DNA from: an uncultured Cytophagia bacterium
GTDB lineage: Bacteria > Zhuqueibacterota > Zhuqueibacteria > Residuimicrobiales > Residuimicrobiaceae
Reading direction: 5' to 3'
DNA: 64,000 bases
Assembly: GCA_964436305.1 (NCBI GenBank)
Contig: CAYTCI010000003.1
Coordinates: forward strand, 22,350 to 86,349
Shown here: positions 37,416 through 45,051 of the stretch, piece by piece
Layout of the letters: each line of letters starts with the position of its first letter
Position numbering within the stretch: the stretch's first letter is position 1
The notes under the pieces: model-generated
Seen by the model: the letters and a program-made list of their open reading frames with translations, nothing else
What the model was told of the DNA's origin: nothing
Database searches by the model: none
Translations under genes and position numbers: made by a program

Positions 37416-38389
37416 GCCGGACCTCGCATGCGGATGGAGTGAGCCCTGCGGGCGGTGCTCCGGCGAAGAAGCAGGACCAGTCCGGCCAGGGCGGGCATCA
37501 AAACGTTGATAAAAAAGAGCAACAGGGAGCCATCGAAGGCCGGCGCCGGAGGAATCCCCAGTTCGCCAAGAAAATAGATGGCGGCGCTTTCGCGAATGCC
37601 CAGATCGCCGATCGAGATCGGCAGCATGGTCTTGACCCAAAGGGTGGCCATCAGGGCCTGCAGTCCGCGCATCAGCGGCAAGAAGCAAAAGGCACGGATC
37701 AGGAGATAGAACTGGAGCAGATAGGTCAGGACCTGTCCGAGGGCCAGCAGGCTGATCCGCAGGGCCAACAACGGCGGTACATGCTCGAGGCTGGAGATGG
37801 TCCGGGCGAGTTTGTTGCGATGCTCCCAGTGTTTGCGGAATTTTTTCAGGATCCCGGCCAGAAAGGGGGGATGGAGCAGCAGCAGGAAGAGCACGGCAAA
37901 AAAGGCCAGGGCGACGATCAGGAGCGGCAACCAGACCAGCAGTTCGGTCTCTTTTTTCAGGATGGGTATCATGCCGATCAGCCCGAAAAAGAGCAGGGTC
38001 AGGAAGGCGTAGCATTTATCCAGCAGGGTGAGACCGAGCAGCCGCGGCCAGTCGTTGCCGGCGATGAGGAAAGCCCGGCCGAATTCGCCGACCCGCCCGG
38101 GGGTGATGAAGCCGAGGGTGATCCCGGAGAGGAGCGAGGAGAAGATTTGCCGCGCCGGCACCTGGGGCTGAACCTGGCGGACCAGCAGGGCCCAGCGGCG
38201 GTATTGGAAGTACAGGTTGAGGCCGAGGAGGAGCACGGCCGGGAGGATCCAGAGAATCCGGGCCTGGAGGAGTGCCGCTTGAAGCTCAGCGGCGTGGATA
38301 CGCCGGACCAGCATCGCCACAACGATGACGGCAATCGCCACCTTGGCGAGGATCAGGACGCGTTTATGCCGGGTAAAGGGAGAGGCCAT
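37412..38389 (-). CDS. UPF0104 / lysyl-PG-synthase-TM-region family flippase-like membrane protein
   Basis: 325 aa with about 8 TM helices. The pattern ...YRRWALLV...LSGITLGFITPGRVGEFGRAF... is typical of TIGR00374-type flippase-like proteins. 26-nt overlap with the upstream gene. Confidence 0.7.
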   Translation of the reverse strand: MASPFTRHKRVLILAKVAIAVIVVAMLVRRIHAAELQAALLQARILWILPAVLLLGLNLYFQYRRWALLVRQVQPQVPARQIFSSLLSGITLGFITPGRVGEFGRAFLIAGNDWPRLLGLTLLDKCYAFLTLLFFGLIGMIPILKKETELLVWLPLLIVALAFFAVLFLLLLHPPFLAGILKKFRKHWEHRNKLARTISSLEHVPPLLALRISLLALGQVLTYLLQFYLLIRAFCFLPLMRGLQALMATLWVKTMLPISIGDLGIRESAAIYFLGELGIPPAPAFDGSLLLFFINVLMPALAGLVLLLRRSTARRAHSIRMRGPA

Positions 38390-39377
38390 CGCTGCAATTC
38401 AGACAAATGTGAGGTGCCTTGCCGGAGCACTGTTGTCGGCGAAAGGCGCGGGAGGCCGGACCGCGCAGGGCTGCCGCCAGCGGTTCCGAACCATTGCCGA
38501 GGAGATGCTCACCGTTCTTATCAAAACAGCAAGGAACGATATTTCCATCCCAATGGACGACACAGGAGTAGGCCAGGCGCGAGCAGGGGAGACGACGGCC
38601 GCTCCTGGTCAGCCAGCGATCCTCCTGCAGAGGATAGCGCCGGAAGCGCGGATCGGCAGGCAGGAAATCTTCCGCCGGCATGCCGGCATGGAGGTAGAGC
38701 GACTTGAGGAGCAGATGGTCCGCGCCCCAGGCGCGGGCGGCTGCTGCCATCCCCGGCAGCTCGTATTCGTTTTGGCGGGTGATTACGAACTGGAGATAGA
38801 GACGCGGCGTCGACCGGCCCAGGGACCGGCGCGCCTGGCGCAGATGGCGCAGGCCGGCTTGCAGCTTTGCCAGCGAGCCCCCGCGGCGAATGGCGGCATA
38901 GCGCTCCGGCGTCACCGCATCGGCCGAAATAATCAGGGCATCCAGGCCGCTGGCGACGACCTCGCGAGCCAGGGCCGGATCGGCCAGTCGCTGACCGTTG
39001 GTGCTGCTGACGACGCAGATCCGGTGCGATTTGGCCAGCCGCACCATCTCGGGAAAATCGGGATGGAGGAGGGGCTCACCCTGGTCGTAGAGCAGCAGAT
39101 AAAGCAGATGGTGCTGATTCACCTGCAGGATGTGACGGTAGAGGTCAAGATCCATCCATCCGCCGGGACGCGTCAGCGTGCCGGTACCGGTTTCGCAGTG
39201 CGGACAGCGCAGATCACAGAGATTGGTAGGCTCAATGCTGAGGACGTAGGGTGCTCCCCAAAAGTGCGGGCGTCCGTCGAGGCGGCCGGCGGCGGTCGCA
39301 GCCAGAGCCCCGGCGGCCTGCAGGGCCCGCTGCGGCGTCAGAGCCGGCAGCAGCCGCGACCAGGGGATCTCTTTCAT
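38364..39377 (-). CDS. Radical SAM / SPASM-domain enzyme (rSAM-1)
   Basis: Start reset from 39455 to ATG 39377 (ATGA overlap with the methyltransferase stop). CDLRCPHC motif, QGEPLL, C-terminal CVVHWDGNIVPCC (CX5GX4C) followed by CSGKAPHICLNC. Confidence 0.85.
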   Translation of the reverse strand: MKEIPWSRLLPALTPQRALQAAGALAATAAGRLDGRPHFWGAPYVLSIEPTNLCDLRCPHCETGTGTLTRPGGWMDLDLYRHILQVNQHHLLYLLLYDQGEPLLHPDFPEMVRLAKSHRICVVSSTNGQRLADPALAREVVASGLDALIISADAVTPERYAAIRRGGSLAKLQAGLRHLRQARRSLGRSTPRLYLQFVITRQNEYELPGMAAAARAWGADHLLLKSLYLHAGMPAEDFLPADPRFRRYPLQEDRWLTRSGRRLPCSRLAYSCVVHWDGNIVPCCFDKNGEHLLGNGSEPLAAALRGPASRAFRRQQCSGKAPHICLNCSDGLSLYPA

Positions 39378-40174
39378 GACCTCCCCTTCCTGGCGAGGAT
39401 AAAAAAGGTGGGCATCAGCCAGCGGTTGCCGAAGGAATTGCGGTTGTCGATCCACCGCCCGAGACGCCGGTCCCAGCCATGCGTCTGCAGGCGCTCCACC
39501 ATGCGCAGGTGCCAGGGACGGTTCCAGAGGGCGCGCGGCGAGCGCATCGCCGCCTCACTGGTTTCGCGGTTGATAAAGCACCAGGAGAAACCGGCATCGC
39601 GCAAGAGACGGTCGATCGAGGCGAGCGAAAGCAGTTGCGGGAAATCGGGCTTGTCCGCCGGCAGCCAGTGCAGCCATTCCGCGACGACACGCGCCACGTT
39701 CCGGCGCGAAAGCAGCGAGAGCAGCGGCAGGCCGTAATGAGGATCGCACAGGGCGTTGGCAGGCGAGCAGCGGTTCGGGGTGGCGACCAGCAGCAACCCG
39801 CCGGGCCTGAGTGCGCCGCCGATTTGCTGCAATACCCGGGCGGGATCGGCAAGATGTTCGAGCACATCCCACAGGACCGCGGCTTGCAGCGGCGTATCCA
39901 TCTGCCATCTGCCGAGATCGGCGCAGACATAGCGCACCGCGCTGCCGGCGATCCGGGCAGGGGGTGAGGCCAGCCGATCCACAGCGGTCACCAGCGCGCC
40001 GGCCTCCGCCAGCGCCCGGCTGGCGCCGCCTGCACCGCAGCCGGCATCGAGGACCGCCGCACCGGAGAGCGTCATCCAGCGCTGCAGCAGAGTGACGATC
40101 AGTTCTCCGCGCAGTCCGGCCCAGTCGTCATAATTGCTCCAGAGACGCAGATGGCCGGTCAGGGCTTGGGCCAC
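39374..40174 (-). CDS. Class I SAM-dependent methyltransferase
   Basis: GTG start. Motif I VLDAGCGAGGASRALAEAGALVTAVD, then LVATPN. 16-nt overlap with the upstream GT2-A. Confidence 0.8.
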   Translation of the reverse strand: MAQALTGHLRLWSNYDDWAGLRGELIVTLLQRWMTLSGAAVLDAGCGAGGASRALAEAGALVTAVDRLASPPARIAGSAVRYVCADLGRWQMDTPLQAAVLWDVLEHLADPARVLQQIGGALRPGGLLLVATPNRCSPANALCDPHYGLPLLSLLSRRNVARVVAEWLHWLPADKPDFPQLLSLASIDRLLRDAGFSWCFINRETSEAAMRSPRALWNRPWHLRMVERLQTHGWDRRLGRWIDNRNSFGNRWLMPTFFILARKGRS

Positions 40175-41253
40175 GAGACCTCCGGCCCCAGAGGCGGCAG
40201 GGCGAAGAGATGGTAGAGCGGAAAGAGCACCTGCCAGAGGAAAAAACCACCGGGATGGAAGGGCTGCCGCAGCCGGCTGCTCCAGAACCAGAGGGCCAGG
40301 CCATCCAGCAGGATCTTGGCGGCGAGGAAGAGGAGCAGGGAGGGCCGCAGGAAGGGCGCGAGGAGCAGCAGCGACCAGAGCAGGAGGTTGGTGCCGTGAA
40401 AGAGGAGATAGCCAAGCTGGACGGGCCGGGTATAGCGGGCGCCCGCGGAGAGGTGACGGCGTTTTTGGCGGCGGAAGGTGCGCCAGTTGGCGGGCCCGCG
40501 GGCGGGAACCGCCGCCTCGGGTGCGAGCTGGTAGGTGAGTTTGCCGCCGGGGGCGGTTGCCAGGCGCTGCAGGAGAAAGTCGTCATCGCCGGAGAGGGTA
40601 TCGGGCAGGGCAGCGTAGCCGCCGATGGCGCTCAGGGCCGCCCGGCGGCAGGCGAGGCTGCGGCCCGTGCCGGTGATGGCGCGTCCATGGCCGAGGCCGC
40701 CGGCGGCGACCAGGGCTGCGGCCAGGGTATCGGTGTGGAGAAAGGCGCGCCAGAGCGGCGGCGCCTCCGGCGCGGTCAGGGGAGAAAAGCCGGCACATGC
40801 CGTCGCACCCGCGGCGAGGGCAGCCGCCATCCCGGCCATCCAGGCCGGCGGCGGGGTGCAGTCGGCGTCGGTGAAGAGGAGGTATTCGCCGCGGGCCTGG
40901 CGCAAGGCGCTCTCGAGCGCCCCCTTCTTGCGGCTTTGCCAGCGCCCGGGATGCGTATTGTCGAGCAGCCGCCAGCCCGGGTGACGCGCCACCGCGGCGC
41001 TGGCGATCGCACGGGTGGCGTCGCAGGACTGGTCATCGACGATCAGCACCTCCCGGTCACCCCCATACGCTTGCGCACCCAGGGCAGCGAGGCAGTCGCC
41101 GAGCAGCGCACCCTCGTTGCGGGCGGCGACGATCACACTCAGACTGGGCAGCGATGCCGGTATGGGCGGGCGGCGCAACCGCAGGATCCCGCAAAACAGC
41201 CACGCGATGATCAGGAGATAAAGTGAAAATATTATTGAGATTGTCAGTATCAT
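40159..41253 (-). CDS. Polytopic family-2 glycosyltransferase, paralog A; first gene of the operon
   Basis: ATG 41253 preferred over TTG 41289. N-terminal TM helix, LSVIVAARNE, IVDDQSCD, LFTDADC, LSGDDDFLL. The QxxRW position reads RQKRRH. C-terminal TM bundle. Confidence 0.8.
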   Translation of the reverse strand: MILTISIIFSLYLLIIAWLFCGILRLRRPPIPASLPSLSVIVAARNEGALLGDCLAALGAQAYGGDREVLIVDDQSCDATRAIASAAVARHPGWRLLDNTHPGRWQSRKKGALESALRQARGEYLLFTDADCTPPPAWMAGMAAALAAGATACAGFSPLTAPEAPPLWRAFLHTDTLAAALVAAGGLGHGRAITGTGRSLACRRAALSAIGGYAALPDTLSGDDDFLLQRLATAPGGKLTYQLAPEAAVPARGPANWRTFRRQKRRHLSAGARYTRPVQLGYLLFHGTNLLLWSLLLLAPFLRPSLLLFLAAKILLDGLALWFWSSRLRQPFHPGGFFLWQVLFPLYHLFALPPLGPEVSWPKP

Positions 41254-41395
41254 TCCTGGCAAATTATCCAAAAATGGGGAAACAAGCAAGGAATATTACC
41301 GGCAGGAGTGGGCAAATGCCCGTTGGGTGAGACAAAAGCGTTGTTTGCCGCCGATTATTTATGTATCTTTCTGCACATAGCCGACCCAAATCGCA

Positions 41396-42109
41396 ATGGA
41401 GTTCGCCATGCCAACCAAACGGGACAAGGTCGCCGATTACCTCAGGACAGCACTCTGGATCCTCTCCGCACTGACGCTGATCATCATCGTCGTCTCCGGC
41501 ATCAAGTACACCTACAACCAGCGGTATATTCGCAAGATAGCCGAACTCGAACAGGTGATCAAGGGAATGCGTTCAACCATGAGCGTCGAGAGCGTGCGCC
41601 AGTACAACATCCAGCGTATCATCGCCATCATCAGCCAGTATAACCGGACCATGCCCACCCATGTCAAGTATGAGATCGCCAAGGAGATCACCGATGCCTG
41701 CGCCAATTATTCCAGCCTCGATCCGGATCTCCTGTGCGCCCTCATCACCCGGGAGACCAACGGGACCTGGAATCCCGAATTTGTTTCGGATTATGGCGCG
41801 ATGGGCCTGATGGCGATCACCCCGACGATCGGCTCGTTCGTCGCCCGTTCGGAGCATTTGAACTGGATCACGCCGGACGAGGTCCTGCTGAACCCGGTTT
41901 ACAATATCCGGATCGGCGCACGCTACCTTTCAGCCCTGATCGATGCCTATGATCTGGATGGTGCTTTGGTGGCGCGCAGCGTCGGAGAACGGCGCGCGGC
42001 GATGTGGGTCAAGAGCGGCCGCAGCAATGCGCTTCTGCCGCGCGATACCATTACCTTCCTCGCCGACATGCTGCAGCAATATGATCAGATGAAGGCACTC
42101 AAGATTTAG
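41396..42109 (+). CDS. Membrane-anchored soluble-lytic-transglycosylase (SLT, GH23) domain protein
   Basis: N-terminal TM helix, ITRETNGTW (catalytic Glu context), GAMGLMAITP, NPVYNIRIGARYL. Alternative start at 41408. Confidence 0.75.
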   Translation: MEFAMPTKRDKVADYLRTALWILSALTLIIIVVSGIKYTYNQRYIRKIAELEQVIKGMRSTMSVESVRQYNIQRIIAIISQYNRTMPTHVKYEIAKEITDACANYSSLDPDLLCALITRETNGTWNPEFVSDYGAMGLMAITPTIGSFVARSEHLNWITPDEVLLNPVYNIRIGARYLSALIDAYDLDGALVARSVGERRAAMWVKSGRSNALLPRDTITFLADMLQQYDQMKALKI

Positions 42110-42121
42110 GAACGGTGTTGG

Positions 42122-43573
42122 TTACTTGCTCCGGCGCGTCGGGATGAGGGCGCGCAGCTCCAGCAGCAGCGGGCGTGCCACCCGAGAGAGTATCAGCAGA
42201 TAAACGGCGCTGCTGAGCACGATACCGGTCACAAAGCGCACCAGCAGGCCGAGGGGGAGCAGGGGCAGCAGGAAGGTTTTGAACGCCAGGGTGGTCAGGA
42301 CCATGACCGCTCCGGCGAAGGCGGCCGGGGCGATCGAGACATAGAATTCCCGGTCGCCCAGGTGAATGATGCGATCGGAGATGGTCTGTACCAGCGGGAA
42401 GGTGAGTACCAGCAGGAGAGAGATGCCGGCCGCAGCACCCTCGAGGCTGATCCTCGCGCCGAAGTAGAGCGTGGCGGCCAGAGGCAGGACATAGGCGAGG
42501 TTCCACTTCAGCTCGATGTCCGGCCGGCCAAGGGCCATCAGGGCCGGCCAGCGGATCACGCTAACCGATTTGGCCAGCCCGAGCGGCACCAGCAGGATCA
42601 GGGGCATCGCCATCGGCAACCACTTGGCGCCGATGAAGAGGGTGATGAATTCCCGCGCATACAGCGCAAGGCCGAGCAGCATCGGAAAGATGATGATGGA
42701 GAGCAGCGCCGACGACTTGAGAAAGCCCTTTTGCAGTTTTTTACGGTCATCCTGAATGGCGGAAAAGGCGGGGAAGGCTACTTTCGAGACGACGGAGGAG
42801 AGCCGGGTGACCGGCATCTTGACCAGGTTCAGGGCCAGGGAGTAATAACCGAGGGCCTCGCTGCCCAGGAGTCTGCCGATGATCAGCACGTCCATGTTCA
42901 TGACCGCATAGGAGACGACGTCATTGCCCAGCACCTTGGCGCTGAAGGCAAAGAGCTCCTGAAACATCCGCCAGGAGAAGAACCAGCGCGGCCGCCAGCG
43001 GCAGTAGACCCAGACCAGCGCCACATTCACCCCATCCCGCACCAAAGCCCCCACCACCAGACTCCAGACCCCAAAACGCATCAGCGCCAGTACGACCGAG
43101 ACGACACCGCTGGCCAGGGAAGCAGCGACCTCGGCGATGGCCAGCTGTTTGAAGGCCAGTTCCTTGTTTAAAATCGATTTTTGCACGATCCCGAGGGAGC
43201 CGATGACAAATCCGAAACCGAGCACGGCGATCACGGGTTGGACAGCGGGGTTTTTGAAAAAGAGTGCCAGGGGGTAGGCCGCCGCCACCGAGAGGGCGAA
43301 GAGTGCGATTCCGAAGAGCAAACCGCCATAAAAAACCGAATCGAGATGATCCGCACTGACATCGTTCTTTTGAATGATCGCCGTCCCGAGACCGCGGTCG
43401 TTGACCAGGGAAATCGCCACGGTGACGATGGCCGCCATCCCGACAATGCCAAAATCCTGGGGACTCAGCAGTCGTGCGAGCACGAGCATGATCAGAAAGA
43501 TCACGCCCTGCATGCAGGCCTTGGCCAGCCCCGTCCACATGATGCCATGGATCGCTTTTTGTTTGACCGACAT
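42122..43573 (-). CDS. Wzx-like polysaccharide/oligosaccharide flippase (MOP/PST family)
   Basis: About 12-14 TM helices. The N-terminus, KQKAIHGIMWTGLAKACMQGVIFLIMLVLARLLSPQDFG, is typical of polysaccharide biosynthesis (PST) proteins. ATG 43573 (AGGAA RBS) lies 17 nt after the phoR stop; the alternative TTG 43594 overlaps it. Confidence 0.75.
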   Translation of the reverse strand: MSVKQKAIHGIMWTGLAKACMQGVIFLIMLVLARLLSPQDFGIVGMAAIVTVAISLVNDRGLGTAIIQKNDVSADHLDSVFYGGLLFGIALFALSVAAAYPLALFFKNPAVQPVIAVLGFGFVIGSLGIVQKSILNKELAFKQLAIAEVAASLASGVVSVVLALMRFGVWSLVVGALVRDGVNVALVWVYCRWRPRWFFSWRMFQELFAFSAKVLGNDVVSYAVMNMDVLIIGRLLGSEALGYYSLALNLVKMPVTRLSSVVSKVAFPAFSAIQDDRKKLQKGFLKSSALLSIIIFPMLLGLALYAREFITLFIGAKWLPMAMPLILLVPLGLAKSVSVIRWPALMALGRPDIELKWNLAYVLPLAATLYFGARISLEGAAAGISLLLVLTFPLVQTISDRIIHLGDREFYVSIAPAAFAGAVMVLTTLAFKTFLLPLLPLGLLVRFVTGIVLSSAVYLLILSRVARPLLLELRALIPTRRSK

Positions 43574-43590
43574 GAGATTCCTGGGGTTTT

Positions 43591-45048
43591 TCAATTCAGC
43601 TGAAAGCTGAAGCGGGAGCCCTTGTTGACCTCGCTTTGCACCTCGACGTGGCTGCCATGCGCCTCGATGATGTGCTTGACGATGGCCAGGCCAAGGCCGG
43701 TACCGCCGACGGCGCGCGAACGCTCCTTGTCCACCCGATAGAAGCGCTCGAAGATGCGCGTCAGGTGTTCCCGGGCCATGCCGCGGCCGGTATCGGCGAC
43801 AAAGATTTCCACCTTATCCCCCACCCGCCGACAGCCGATCTCCACCGTCCCGCCCGGCATGTTGTAGCGAATGGCATTCTCGGCGAGATTGTTGATCGCC
43901 TGGGCCAATCGTTCAGGATCGCCATTAGCGGTCATCTTTTCATCGCTTGCCGAGGGCGTCAGGGCCAGCGTCACGCCATAATAGTGGGCCTTGCTCTGCA
44001 GCTCCTCGATGAGTTTGCCGAGCAGGGCGTGGACGTCGAAGGGGCGGAAGATCATCTTCATCTCACCCGATTCGATACGACTGATATCGATCAGGTCGGA
44101 GAGCAGGTTGTTCAGACGGCCGGCCTGCTGGTAGGCCTTGGTGATGAACTCTTTTTGTTCGGCGGGATCTTCGATCCGCGCGTTGAGCAGGGTCTCGAGA
44201 TAACCCTGCAAGGTGAAGATGGGGGTGCGCAGCTCGTGGGAGACATTGCCGAGGAACTGGCTGCGCACCTGTTCGAGCTTGTGTACCTGCACGAGATCCT
44301 CACGCAGCTTGCCGAGCATCTGGTTCAGCAGCTCGGCAAGCTGGCCGAGTTCATCACGGCTGACATGCTGGAAATTGGCCTCGAGATCGCCGCGCTTGAC
44401 CTTCTCGGCCACGGCCGCGAGCTTTTGAATGGGATAGGAGAGCCGTCCGGCCAGCCAGAAAATGAAGAGGCTGCTGAGGATCAGGGCCAGGAGATTGGCC
44501 AGGATGATCTTGAGGCGAAGTTCGCCGAACTGGCTTTCGACCTCCGTCAGCGGATAGGCAATGCGCACATAGCGTGCGGTTTCACCGCTGGTTTTTGGCA
44601 AATAGTCCGCTTTGAGACGGATGGCGCCATAATAGAGCGGCTGTTTGAGCGAGGTGCTGAGGCGTTTGTCGTGGCCGACGCCGTCTCGCATGGCCTGGCG
44701 AATCTCCGGCCGATCGCGATGGTTTTCCAGACGGCCGAGCGAATCAGCAGCGACATTGGAGTCGAAGCGGACCAGGCCGGAGGAATCGACCAGGGTCAGT
44801 CTGAAACCTGCCGCACGGGCATATTCGCGCAAGGTCGTGTAATGGGCGGGGCTGGTAAGATCGGCCAGCTCACTTTTCTCAACGAGAACCTGCACCTGCG
44901 CCAGCTGGGCATCGATAAAACGGTCCAGACGTTTTTGGAAAAACCTTTGGCTGTTGATGACCGCAAAAAGGCCGCCGAAAAGGGTGACCAGGGTGATCAG
45001 CAGGAGGTGGATCAGGGAGAGCTTGCTTCGCAGGGGGAATGTGAGCAT
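43591..45048 (-). CDS. phoR: Phosphate-regulon sensor histidine kinase (PhoR-like)
   Basis: Two TM helices flanking a periplasmic domain, HAMP, H-box FLGNVSHELRTPIFTL, and N/G boxes (NLAENAIRYN, DTGRGM, GGTGLGLAIV). Sits in the pst-phoU-phoB context. Confidence 0.8.
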   Translation of the reverse strand: MLTFPLRSKLSLIHLLLITLVTLFGGLFAVINSQRFFQKRLDRFIDAQLAQVQVLVEKSELADLTSPAHYTTLREYARAAGFRLTLVDSSGLVRFDSNVAADSLGRLENHRDRPEIRQAMRDGVGHDKRLSTSLKQPLYYGAIRLKADYLPKTSGETARYVRIAYPLTEVESQFGELRLKIILANLLALILSSLFIFWLAGRLSYPIQKLAAVAEKVKRGDLEANFQHVSRDELGQLAELLNQMLGKLREDLVQVHKLEQVRSQFLGNVSHELRTPIFTLQGYLETLLNARIEDPAEQKEFITKAYQQAGRLNNLLSDLIDISRIESGEMKMIFRPFDVHALLGKLIEELQSKAHYYGVTLALTPSASDEKMTANGDPERLAQAINNLAENAIRYNMPGGTVEIGCRRVGDKVEIFVADTGRGMAREHLTRIFERFYRVDKERSRAVGGTGLGLAIVKHIIEAHGSHVEVQSEVNKGSRFSFQLN

Positions 45049-45051
45049 GGT

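Noticed and set aside
27098-41226. Series of long plus-strand ORFs across the GT2/radical SAM operon (27098-28438, 28351-28995, 29355-30221, 30448-31308, 32294-33709, 33402-34505, 34623-35591, 37439-38707, 38325-39737, 40210-41226)
   Set aside because: All are antisense to minus-strand genes with clear catalytic motifs (CX3CX2C, DxD/QxxRW, PHP). They ignore the precise ATGA-coupled gene boundaries on the minus strand and encode low-complexity G/R/A/E/Q-rich sequence.
26630-41253. Interpreting the operon as a hopanoid (hpn) side-chain cluster, a PNAG/cellulose/Pel/Psl synthase locus, or a RiPP cluster
   Set aside because: For hpn: there is no squalene-hopene cyclase, HpnH/HpnG, or a B12-binding domain on the radical SAM proteins in the window. 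For the synthase loci: there is no PilZ/c-di-GMP module, PgaA/B/D, BcsB/C or Pel/Psl-specific genes. For RiPP: there is no room for a precursor-peptide ORF. The hpn and calditol systems are used only as a mechanistic analogy.
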